This document shows, one piece after another, positions 22,475 through 30,824 of a stretch of 64,000 nt of DNA. A program made the translations under genes and the position numbers. Location of the stretch: assembly GCA_035714745.1 (NCBI GenBank), contig DASTLR010000007.1, forward strand, positions 70,205-134,204, written 5' to 3'. The stretch comes from Minisyncoccota bacterium (GTDB lineage: Bacteria > Patescibacteriota > Minisyncoccia > Phycocordibacterales > UBA6065). Below the pieces are notes generated by a model. The model was not told where the DNA came from and searched no databases. It saw only the letters and a list, made by a program, of their open reading frames with translations. Every line of letters begins with the position of its first letter. Position 1 is the first letter of the stretch.

Positions 22475-23269
22475 TCATATCGCCGCAGCCGAGGTGACCG
22501 AGAGGATGCCTTCCATATCGTACTTCTGCCACATGTCGGTGTTGAGCGTCTCTGCCGGGGTGAGCACGCCCTCGACGCGCACGCGGACGCCAGAGCCGAT
22601 CAGCCGAGAGACGTCGGTCGAGGACAACAGGCTCATGTTCAGGGCATATACATGGCCATCGTCGGCGCGAAAGCCCATGGCGCACTCCAGCGTCTGAGGG
22701 CCGGTCTTGATGCGATGCTCCAGGCACGTCTGCGTGCCCGTGACGGATACTCGTGCGGGCAGGGTCGAAGAGGCGCCCTTTTCGGCAGAGACCAAGAGCC
22801 ATGACCCAGAGCGCTTCTCCCAGCGGAGCATCACCGGATAGACAGCCGCCACGCGCTGAGGATCGGCACTGGTGGTCTCGACGACGTTGCCTTCGACGAC
22901 GTACGAGCCGTCCGGCTGAAGCGAGACGCCGACCACCGAGAGGCTGTCCGGATACGGATTGGACGTCTGCCTGCCCAGGGCCCGCGACGGGTCGGCCTTC
23001 CAGCGCGCCAAAAGCTCGGGCGCTACATAAGCGCCATATTCCCTATCCAGGGCCGCCGCCAGGCTTGCAGCCGGAGCCATGAGCGAGACGTTCTTCAGCC
23101 TGGAGCCCAGGCCCCGCGCCGCAGCTTCGACAGCACCCTGCTCGCCGCTGCTGACCGACTGCGAAGGCTGGCTATCCGCCGGCGCCTCGCCCCGGTGCGC
23201 CAGATACCACGCCCCCGCCGTCACAAAGAGCGCCACTATCGCTATCTTGAAGATGGTTATGGTTTTCAT
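22475..23269 (-). CDS. Hypothetical exported/membrane-anchored protein
   Basis: N-terminal transmembrane segment. GRQTSNPYPD and CL.H....PQTLECA.G motifs. Confidence 0.72.
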   Translation of the reverse strand: MKTITIFKIAIVALFVTAGAWYLAHRGEAPADSQPSQSVSSGEQGAVEAAARGLGSRLKNVSLMAPAASLAAALDREYGAYVAPELLARWKADPSRALGRQTSNPYPDSLSVVGVSLQPDGSYVVEGNVVETTSADPQRVAAVYPVMLRWEKRSGSWLLVSAEKGASSTLPARVSVTGTQTCLEHRIKTGPQTLECAMGFRADDGHVYALNMSLLSSTDVSRLIGSGVRVRVEGVLTPAETLNTDMWQKYDMEGILSVTSAAAI

Positions 23270-23340
23270 ATGGATACTACGAATCATACCTCTTTTACAC
23301 CATTTGACCTAAATGCTTATGAATGTTATAATAAAAACAG

Positions 23341-24492
23341 ATGAACACCGACATCAGCCAGACTTCGCCCAAAACCGCCTTCATCGTCATCGATGGGGGC
23401 CCTTGCTCAGGAAAAACGACCGGACTAGCCCGCATCAAACAAGCTCTGGAAGGCGTGGGCATCATCGCCCTCGTCATGCCGGAAGCCGCGACGCTTCTCA
23501 TCAAAGCGGGCGTCACGCCCTGGGACCTCGACTCGCTCGAATTCCAAGGGCACGTCACCGACGTGCAGATCAGCCTCGAAAGCACCTTCAACAAGGCAGC
23601 GGAGGAGCTCGCGCGGAAGCATGGCAAGAAATGCGTCGTCGTGTGCGACCGAGGACTGGTCGGCCAGGCAGCATACCTGCCCGGACCGTCCCCTCTCGCG
23701 CTCCTCGACGACCTATTCGCCGAAAGAGGCACGAGCGTAGAATCGGCTCGCGCGCGCTATGCCGGCGTGATCCACATGGTCACGGCAGCAGACGGCGCCG
23801 AGTCCTTTTATACGCTCGCGAACAACGAGGCGCGGACGGAGACGCCGGAACAGGCGCGGGTCGTCGATAAACGGACGCTCGCCGCCTGGCTCGGCCATCC
23901 GCACGTCGCCGTGGCGGCGAACGTCGACCAGCAAGGCAGGCCCGTCTCGTTCGACGCAAAGATCGCCACGGTCGTCGCCGAGGTCTTTCGGATCCTCGGC
24001 TATCCTCAGCCGATCGAGATCGAAGACAAGTTCCTTCTCGAGCGGTTCGACCCGACGGCGCTGACGGTTCCCTACGAAGCCATCTCCCTGGAGCAGACCT
24101 ATCTGGTGCCCAAGGAAAAAGGCTCCGAAGAGCGGGTGCGGGCGCGCCGATGGCTGGGCAGCGGGTCGTATTACCACACGGTGAAGCGGCCCTCGCCCGA
24201 CGGAGGGCGCGTCGAGATCGAACGGTTGATCACGGTCAGCGAGTATCGGCGGCTCCTGGAGCGCGCCGACGCCAGCCGCCAGCCGATCGTGAAGACCCGC
24301 TACTGCTTCGTCTGGAACAACCAATACTTCGAGGCGGACGCCTTCCACGGCCGACACGAAGGGCTGTTCCTCCTGGAGCGCGAGAAGACGGACATCAACG
24401 ACTCGACAGACCTGCCGCCGTTCCTCAGGGTTATTCGGGACGTCACCGACGACCCCGCCTTCAAGAACAGCGCCCTGGCGAAAGCGGCATGA
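23341..24492 (+). CDS. AAA_28/NadR-Ttd14-like P-loop kinase fused to a CYTH domain
   Basis: GGPCSGKTT, PEAAT, CDRG, HMVTAADGA..FYT..NN.AR.E, then EIEDKFL...R.R.R...K.RYCF. Confidence 0.85.
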   Translation: MNTDISQTSPKTAFIVIDGGPCSGKTTGLARIKQALEGVGIIALVMPEAATLLIKAGVTPWDLDSLEFQGHVTDVQISLESTFNKAAEELARKHGKKCVVVCDRGLVGQAAYLPGPSPLALLDDLFAERGTSVESARARYAGVIHMVTAADGAESFYTLANNEARTETPEQARVVDKRTLAAWLGHPHVAVAANVDQQGRPVSFDAKIATVVAEVFRILGYPQPIEIEDKFLLERFDPTALTVPYEAISLEQTYLVPKEKGSEERVRARRWLGSGSYYHTVKRPSPDGGRVEIERLITVSEYRRLLERADASRQPIVKTRYCFVWNNQYFEADAFHGRHEGLFLLEREKTDINDSTDLPPFLRVIRDVTDDPAFKNSALAKAA

Positions 24493-24579
24493 CAAAAAGC
24501 CAAGGAAACATCGAGGCCCGCACATGATGCGGGCCTTTTTTCTATACGAGGAAACACAATATCTCGTGCTAGCTATCAA

Positions 24580-24672
24580 TGGCGGAGACGGAGGGATTCG
24601 AACCCTCGGTACCTTTTTAAAGGGTACACTTCTTTAGCAAAGAAGCTCATTCGACCACTCTGACACGTCTCC
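24580..24672 (-). tRNA. tRNA-Ser(GCT)
   Basis: GGAGACG acceptor stem, CTTCT-TTGCTAA-AGAAG anticodon arm, long variable arm, GTTCGAATC and encoded CCA. Confidence 0.95.
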
Positions 24673-24789
24673 GTTTCGCTCCGTCGCCGGGCTTCTCTCA
24701 TACCTTTCTCCCGACCGGTAGCGTTTCAAAGTTAGCATAAAATCTGCTTTTTTGGTAAGGTCGGGCCTGAGATCGAACCTTTATTCCCT

Positions 24790-25272
24790 ATGTCCTCTAC
24801 CGCTACTCCCCGCCCTGCCTGGAAATGGAATTCCGTCGGCCGCAGCTTCACGCGGCCAAAGAACGACAGGCGCGACCCGCGCCGACCGAAATACGTCACG
24901 CATATGAACGGCAAAGTCTCCGGCATCATGACGGTGACCAAGGTCCCGCGCGCCATCGACACCTTCGAGATCGAGGCGACCGTCTACCACGGCGACGGCG
25001 AAGTCTTCATCAAGAAGCGCCTGACCGGCGCGCAGCTGGCCGCCTTTGCCGACGTGCCTGACCGAGACCTGGATCCAAGCGACCATGAATACGCCTTCGC
25101 CTATGGCGCCGACCACGCCGTGCCCGGCAAGTTCGCTCGGAACGGCAACGAGGCCGTCTTCCCCAATCCGGGCACCGGTAAGCGCGGCGACGCCGTCTTC
25201 TATCTGCAGATCAAGAAGTTCTTCTCCGAGGAGATGGATCGCATGATCCGCGCCGGCCGCGCCCACGACTGA
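24790..25272 (+). CDS. Hypothetical protein
   Basis: Host-like codon usage, followed by the terminator ACCCGC-CT-GCGCGGGTTTTTT. Confidence 0.65.
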   Translation: MSSTATPRPAWKWNSVGRSFTRPKNDRRDPRRPKYVTHMNGKVSGIMTVTKVPRAIDTFEIEATVYHGDGEVFIKKRLTGAQLAAFADVPDRDLDPSDHEYAFAYGADHAVPGKFARNGNEAVFPNPGTGKRGDAVFYLQIKKFFSEEMDRMIRAGRAHD

Positions 25273-25343
25273 TCGGATAGGCATGCCGCATCGATCGCAC
25301 ATGACCCGCCTGCGCGGGTTTTTTCTTTGGCTAGTCTGAACCG

Positions 25344-27110
25344 CTAGCTCTGCCTCTTGTGATGGAGGAGCATGTCAACGGCGTGCTCCATGGAGCCGGC
25401 CTCGCGGATCTCGCCGGCGTTGACGAAGAATATGTCGTCGGCGCTGGCGATGGTGTTCAGCCTGTGGGCGATGACCACCTTGGTCGTCGTCGGTGGCAGC
25501 TTGGCCAGGATGTCCTCCAGGATCTTTTCCGTCACCGTGTCGATGTTGGCCGTGGCTTCGTCCAGGATGAGTATCTCGGGCTTGCGCAGGACGGCGCGGA
25601 CAAAGGCGATGATCTGCTTCTCTCCCAGGGAGAGCGCCCCGCTCGCGTCGACCGAGGCCGAGAGCCCGCCCTTGAATCGCTCGAGGAGCGACCCTAGCCC
25701 CGCCTCGGCCAAGACTTTTTTCAAGGCCTCCTCGGAAAGGCCGGCGTATCCTGGATTGCCATACAATATGTTGTCGCGCACCGTGCCGCTAAAGAGGAAC
25801 GGCTCCTGGAGGATGAAGCCGATCTTTTTGGAGCGCTCGGCCGGGTCGTAGGACCTGATGTCGCGGCCGTCCAAATAGACCGTGCCCGCGGTCGGGTCGT
25901 AGAGGCGGGCGATGAGCGAGGCGGTGGTGGTCTTGCCCCCGCCGGTCGGGCCGACCAGGGCGTAGGTCTTGCCGCGCTCGAAGGCGAAGCTGGCGTCGCG
26001 GAGCACTTCCCTGCCGCCCGGATAGGCGAACGAGACACGCTCGAAGTCGATGACCCCGCGCCCGCCCTTCTTGCCCTCTGAGGCAGGGATGACGGCCAGG
26101 TCGGACGACAGATGGAGGATCCTGGAGACGCGGTCCCAGGCCGCCAGGGCCACCTGGAAGGTCGACCACAGGCGGGCCATCTCGCGCAGCGGGTCATAGA
26201 AGCGCGTGACGTAGAGGACGAACGAGACCAAGAGACCGATGGCGAACTGGCCCTGGGTGATGAGATAGAGGCCGACGCCCAGGACGATGAGCTGGGCGAC
26301 ATTGCCGGCGAATTCGAATACCGGGGTGAAGAGCTCGTTCACATAGCCCGCCCCGACGGCGGACCGAAAGGCCGCCTGGTTCGCCTCGGCGAAATGGGAA
26401 CGGAAATAGTCGCGGCGGTTAAAGGCCAGGACGACCTTGAAATTGGCGATCGATTCCTGGACTTCGGCGGACAAGAGGCCGCCCGCGCGCAGGCTGCCGG
26501 CGTTCCTTCGCGCCACCAGCCGCGATATCAGACGGGTAAAGATGAAGATGCCGACGGCCGGCAGGAGCGCCGCCACTCCCAATTGCCAGTTGATGAAGAG
26601 GATGAAGAGCCCCGCGCCGATGATCAGGAAGATGTTCCCGGCGAAGCGCATCAGCCCCTGGGAAAAGAACTGATTGAGCCTGTCGGTGTCGCTGTTGATG
26701 CGCGAGATCAGGTCGCCGGTCTTGTTCACGGCAAAGAACGCCAGGGGCAATTCCTGAAGCTTGGCGAACAGGTCGTTGCGCAGGCGCCAGAGGGTGCGCT
26801 GGGCCACGCCGCCCATGACCCTCATCTGGATATAGTTGGCGATAAAGGCGCCCAGGTAGATGGCCAAGAGCAGGCCCGACGAGACCAGCACGCCATGATA
26901 GTCTCCCTTGACCACGTAGCGGTCGATGGCATGGCCGATGACCAGCGGTCCCGCCAGGTTCAGGCCCGAGTTGGCGATGACGGCCACAAAGGCGATCGCC
27001 AGGCCCCTCTTTTCCCCGCGCAGGAGCGGCAGCATCTTCTTCCAGGCAGAAGCCGGGGCCTTCTTGGCCTCGTCTTCCTTCAATATCTCGTTCAGAGAAT
27101 AGTTATTCAT
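25344..27110 (-). CDS. ABC exporter, fused permease/ATPase (subunit 2 of a heterodimer)
   Basis: GPTGGGKTT, degenerate LSLGEKQ signature, ILDEAT and IAHRL. Confidence 0.93.
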   Translation of the reverse strand: MNNYSLNEILKEDEAKKAPASAWKKMLPLLRGEKRGLAIAFVAVIANSGLNLAGPLVIGHAIDRYVVKGDYHGVLVSSGLLLAIYLGAFIANYIQMRVMGGVAQRTLWRLRNDLFAKLQELPLAFFAVNKTGDLISRINSDTDRLNQFFSQGLMRFAGNIFLIIGAGLFILFINWQLGVAALLPAVGIFIFTRLISRLVARRNAGSLRAGGLLSAEVQESIANFKVVLAFNRRDYFRSHFAEANQAAFRSAVGAGYVNELFTPVFEFAGNVAQLIVLGVGLYLITQGQFAIGLLVSFVLYVTRFYDPLREMARLWSTFQVALAAWDRVSRILHLSSDLAVIPASEGKKGGRGVIDFERVSFAYPGGREVLRDASFAFERGKTYALVGPTGGGKTTTASLIARLYDPTAGTVYLDGRDIRSYDPAERSKKIGFILQEPFLFSGTVRDNILYGNPGYAGLSEEALKKVLAEAGLGSLLERFKGGLSASVDASGALSLGEKQIIAFVRAVLRKPEILILDEATANIDTVTEKILEDILAKLPPTTTKVVIAHRLNTIASADDIFFVNAGEIREAGSMEHAVDMLLHHKRQS

Positions 27111-28827
27111 AGGTATGCGTGCTTTTTTGCGATTCGACGATTTGAGCATATTCCGGCGACGACTCCGCGAGCTCGGCGTGCGTGCCCTGGGCCAGGACCT
27201 CGCCCTCCATCAGGAGGATGACCTGGTCGAAGCGCTCGGCCGACTGGACCTTTTGGGTGACAGAGACCAGAGTGATGCCCGGATAGTTCTTTTCCAGGTT
27301 CGCCAGGATCCTGGCCTCGGTAGCCGCGTCGACGCGGGCGGTGAAGTCGTCCAGGAAAAGGATCCGTGGATTCAGGGCCAGGGCGCGGGCCAGCATGATG
27401 CGCTGCTTCTGGCCGCCCGACAGCGTCGTGCCGCGCTCCGAGACCATGGTATCGAGGCCCTGGGGCAAGGACGCCACGAAATCGGCGAGCTCGGCGGTCT
27501 GGATGGCCCTGTCCACCGCTTCGGCCGAAGCCGTCCGGCCAAAGGCGACGTTCTCGCGCAGGCTCAGGTTGAACATCACGCTGTCCTGAAAGACGATGGC
27601 TGCCTGGGCGTGGAGGGCGTCCTTTGCATAGCTCTCGAGCGGCTTGCCGTCGTAGAGGACCTGCCCCGAGCGCGGCTTGATGAGCCCGATGAGGGCGTAG
27701 AGGAGCTGGGTCTTGCCCGCCGCCGTCGGGCCGACGATGGCCGCGCGCGTGCCCGCAGGGATGCTGAACGAGACGTCGCGGAGGGCGTCCTTTTCTCCGT
27801 AGGAGACGGTCAAGCCCCTGACCTCCAGGTCGCCGCGGAGCTGCGACGCGTCCCGCCCATCATCCTTCTCGTCCTCCAGGCCCAGGATCTCGGCGATGCG
27901 CGCGTACGACGTCTGCGCGCGCGAGACGATCTGCGAGACGAAGCCCAGCATGATGATCGGGAATATGAGGATGATGACATAGCTATTGAAGGCGATGAAA
28001 TCGCCGATGGAGAGCGTGCCGGCGATGACGAACCGGCCTCCCAGGGCCAGGATGACCAGGGCCGCCATGTTGGCGACGATGCCGACGGTCGGGATGACCA
28101 CGCAGAAGAGCTTCAGTACCCTCATGCCGTTCTCGCGGGCCTGGAGGTTCTCGCCGTGGAACTTGCCGAGCTCTAGGCCCTGGGCGTCGACCACCCGGAC
28201 CAAGGCGGCGCCGACGATGGACTGGCTGATGATGCCGTTCAGGCGGTCGATGATCTCCTGCCCCCTCTTGAACAAGGGTCCCAGGCGGCGGAAGACCAAG
28301 GAGAGGACGATGGCGATGATCGGCAAGAGGGCGAGCACGGCCAGGGCCAGCCTCCAGTCGATGGAAAAGAGCAGGGCCGAAGCGCCGATGATGAGGATGA
28401 CGGACGAGACGACGGTGGCCACGCCCTGGGAGGCCAGCATCTTTACCGCCTCGATGTCGGAAGTCAGATTGGTCAGGAGCTTGGAGGGCGTCTCTTTCTC
28501 CAGGCGGGCATAGCTCATGCGCGAGATCTTGTCGGCGAGCCGGCCGCGCAGGTCGCGCGCCGCCCGCTCAGAGAGGTAGGTCTGAAAGGCGCCCTGGAGA
28601 TAGGTGGAGACCAGGACGGCGAGGGAGATGCCCAAAAATTCCAGGGCGATGCGATCCAGGTCCAGGGTACCGCGGGCAAAGGTGTCGATGCCCCGGGCGA
28701 TGAGCTTGGGGATGAAAAGGCCCAGGGCGTTGCCGGCGATGGTACAGAGCGAGAGCAAAGCCACAAAGCCCCAGTAGGGCTTTAATATGTCGATTATCTT
28801 GGGTTTTTGAGTGGATAGCGGGGGCAT
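27103..28827 (-). CDS. ABC exporter, fused permease/ATPase (subunit 1 of a heterodimer)
   Basis: GPTAAGKT, LSGGQKQR, degenerate LDDFT and VTQK, typical of TmrAB/TM287-288-like pairs. Confidence 0.93.
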   Translation of the reverse strand: MPPLSTQKPKIIDILKPYWGFVALLSLCTIAGNALGLFIPKLIARGIDTFARGTLDLDRIALEFLGISLAVLVSTYLQGAFQTYLSERAARDLRGRLADKISRMSYARLEKETPSKLLTNLTSDIEAVKMLASQGVATVVSSVILIIGASALLFSIDWRLALAVLALLPIIAIVLSLVFRRLGPLFKRGQEIIDRLNGIISQSIVGAALVRVVDAQGLELGKFHGENLQARENGMRVLKLFCVVIPTVGIVANMAALVILALGGRFVIAGTLSIGDFIAFNSYVIILIFPIIMLGFVSQIVSRAQTSYARIAEILGLEDEKDDGRDASQLRGDLEVRGLTVSYGEKDALRDVSFSIPAGTRAAIVGPTAAGKTQLLYALIGLIKPRSGQVLYDGKPLESYAKDALHAQAAIVFQDSVMFNLSLRENVAFGRTASAEAVDRAIQTAELADFVASLPQGLDTMVSERGTTLSGGQKQRIMLARALALNPRILFLDDFTARVDAATEARILANLEKNYPGITLVSVTQKVQSAERFDQVILLMEGEVLAQGTHAELAESSPEYAQIVESQKSTHTYE

Positions 28828-28859
28828 GGCCTATACTTGGCGTACGTTATGATACGAAT

Positions 28860-29729
28860 ATGACGCTTAAACGGTTTATCGGCACCGTAAAAGACTACCA
28901 CAGAAAGAGCGGAAGGCACGACCTGCCCTGGCGCCTGACGCGCGACCCGTACGAGATACTGGTCTCAGAAGTCATGCTCCAACAGACGCAGGTCTCGCGC
29001 GTCCTCCGGAAGTGGCCGGAGTTCCTGCGGCGCTTCCCTACCGTCCAGGCTCTGGCGAGGGCATCGGTCGCCGATGTCCTGGCGGCCTGGCAGGGTCTGG
29101 GCTACAACCGGCGCGCCCTGGCATTGAAGCGCGCCGCCGAGGCGGTCGTCCGCGACTTCGGCGGAGAGTTCCCGCGGGACGCCGCGGCACTCGAATCCCT
29201 GCCCGGCGTCGGCCCCTCGACCCGCGGGGCCGTCATGGCCTTTGCCTGGGATATGCCGACAGTTTTCATCGAGACGAACATCAGAGCCGTCTATCTCCAT
29301 CATTTCTTCCGCGACCCCAAAGGCACGCAGAAGAGCGGCATCCACGACCGCGACATCCTGCCCCTAGTAGAACAGACCCTGGACCGGCACGACCCCCGCT
29401 CGTGGTATTACGCCCTCATGGACTACGGCGTCCACCTCAAGCAGACCCTGCCCAACCCTTCGCGCGCCTCGCGGCACCATGTCCGACAGTCAGCCTTCAA
29501 AGGGTCGAATAGGGAGATGCGGTCACGGATAGTGAAGGCAGCGTTGGAAGCGAAAGAGAAAGGGATCACCGTGGAAGAGGCCACGAAGATCACAGGGAGC
29601 ACAGAGGAGACAAAGCGCACGAAGAACACCAAGAGCGCCAGAAAGAAAAAGAGCGTGAAGGAAAATTTACAAGAGTTGACGCTGGAGGGATTCCTGGTCA
29701 AGAGGCGCGGGAGATATTTTTGCGCATAA
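28860..29729 (+). CDS. mutY: A/G-specific adenine glycosylase, short form without an Fe-S cluster
   Basis: LPWR...DPY.ILVSEVMLQQTQV.RV, W.GLGYNRRA and LPGVGP helix-hairpin-helix. Confidence 0.9.
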   Translation: MTLKRFIGTVKDYHRKSGRHDLPWRLTRDPYEILVSEVMLQQTQVSRVLRKWPEFLRRFPTVQALARASVADVLAAWQGLGYNRRALALKRAAEAVVRDFGGEFPRDAAALESLPGVGPSTRGAVMAFAWDMPTVFIETNIRAVYLHHFFRDPKGTQKSGIHDRDILPLVEQTLDRHDPRSWYYALMDYGVHLKQTLPNPSRASRHHVRQSAFKGSNREMRSRIVKAALEAKEKGITVEEATKITGSTEETKRTKNTKSARKKKSVKENLQELTLEGFLVKRRGRYFCA

Positions 29730-29762
29730 AAAGCCGGCAATCGCGAAATCGCGCGCCGGCTT
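29730..29762. terminator. GC-rich hairpin between convergent genes (intrinsic terminator; possibly also a DGR target hairpin)
   Basis: AAGCCGGC...GCCGGCTT with a T-run on the minus strand. Confidence 0.7.
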
Positions 29763-29789
29763 GAATTGCTGAAGCCAGAAGGAACAAGA

Positions 29790-30557
29790 TTACCGCACTG
29801 CTCGACGAGCCCCGAGGGAAGGATCCGCGCGGCGAACGTCGAACCAGTACACGCACACGCGACCGAAGCTGCTGCGAAGCACGCGCGGAACAAAGCCATC
29901 GGCAAACCGGGAGGACGCGCACAGGGTATACGATCTCTCATCGAGATGCTTTCCCGTCTCGCTCCAATATTTGAATCCATGGAGGAGGCGTTCGAGCAGA
30001 CTCTCGGTGTCGATCTTGCGTTCGGCGATGTCTTCCGCGGACATCTTCCGCAGATCCTTGTCGGCCTCGCGACCGTCGCGGACCCAGATCGCGTAGGTCT
30101 CTTTGGCCCCTCCGCGCTCCAACTCCCGCATGACGCTCTCGAGATCGTCGTCGCACCATTTCCACGAGGGGAAGCACACCTTCCCTTTCTCGTAGACCTG
30201 GTTCACCGAAATGCCCTGCGGCACGACGATGAGGCGGTCGAAGCCTTTGACGCGAGCGGGTATCCTCACACCCGCCATATCAACGTCGAAGCCCAAGCGC
30301 ACGACGTAGAACTTGCGCCAGTCGATGATCTGGTCCATCACGACACCCTCGACGTGCGGGTATTCGGTCGCCTCGCAGGCTTTCGGAAGAAGCGCGCCCT
30401 CGATCGCAGCATAGACCGGATGGTCATTGCCGTCGTTGAGCACGGATTGAAGGACATCGAACGGGACGCCCATCTTGCCCACCTTTGTCGCCACACGGGC
30501 GCCGAAGGACAGGCACTGCTCAGGGGTCGCCAATTCGATATCAGCTGTCTTTGTCAT
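29790..30557 (-). CDS. Hypothetical protein with a C-type-lectin-like, DGR-variable-region-like C-terminus
   Basis: Ends in SRFADGFVPRV...VCVYWFDVRRADPSLGARRAV. The 3' end is A-poor and NNY-codon rich. Confidence 0.75.
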   Translation of the reverse strand: MTKTADIELATPEQCLSFGARVATKVGKMGVPFDVLQSVLNDGNDHPVYAAIEGALLPKACEATEYPHVEGVVMDQIIDWRKFYVVRLGFDVDMAGVRIPARVKGFDRLIVVPQGISVNQVYEKGKVCFPSWKWCDDDLESVMRELERGGAKETYAIWVRDGREADKDLRKMSAEDIAERKIDTESLLERLLHGFKYWSETGKHLDERSYTLCASSRFADGFVPRVLRSSFGRVCVYWFDVRRADPSLGARRAVR

Positions 30558-30743
30558 GGTATAGCTCGCATCGTCATGGTGCCGTTCTGCCTCTTAACCC
30601 CCGCGAAGCGGAGGTCCAGAGCGTATATCGGGTGCAATCAGATGCGAAATCCGGACGGCGTGGCGACGGCTGTGCGCCGCGGGCACATAGGCCGAACTTC
30701 GCATCTGATCTTCCTTATACTTCAAGGTTCTTACCCTGTTAGT

Positions 30744-30772
30744 ATTATACTATACTTTGTTAGCAAAAGCAA
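30744..30772 (-). promoter_or_regulatory. Sigma70-type promoter for the 29790-30557 gene
   Basis: Minus strand TTGCTT-17 nt-TATAAT. Confidence 0.7.
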
Positions 30773-30824
30773 GTTCCCCGCAGCCCTTCAATATAGGCCT
30801 GATATCGTATAATTGCCCTACGCC

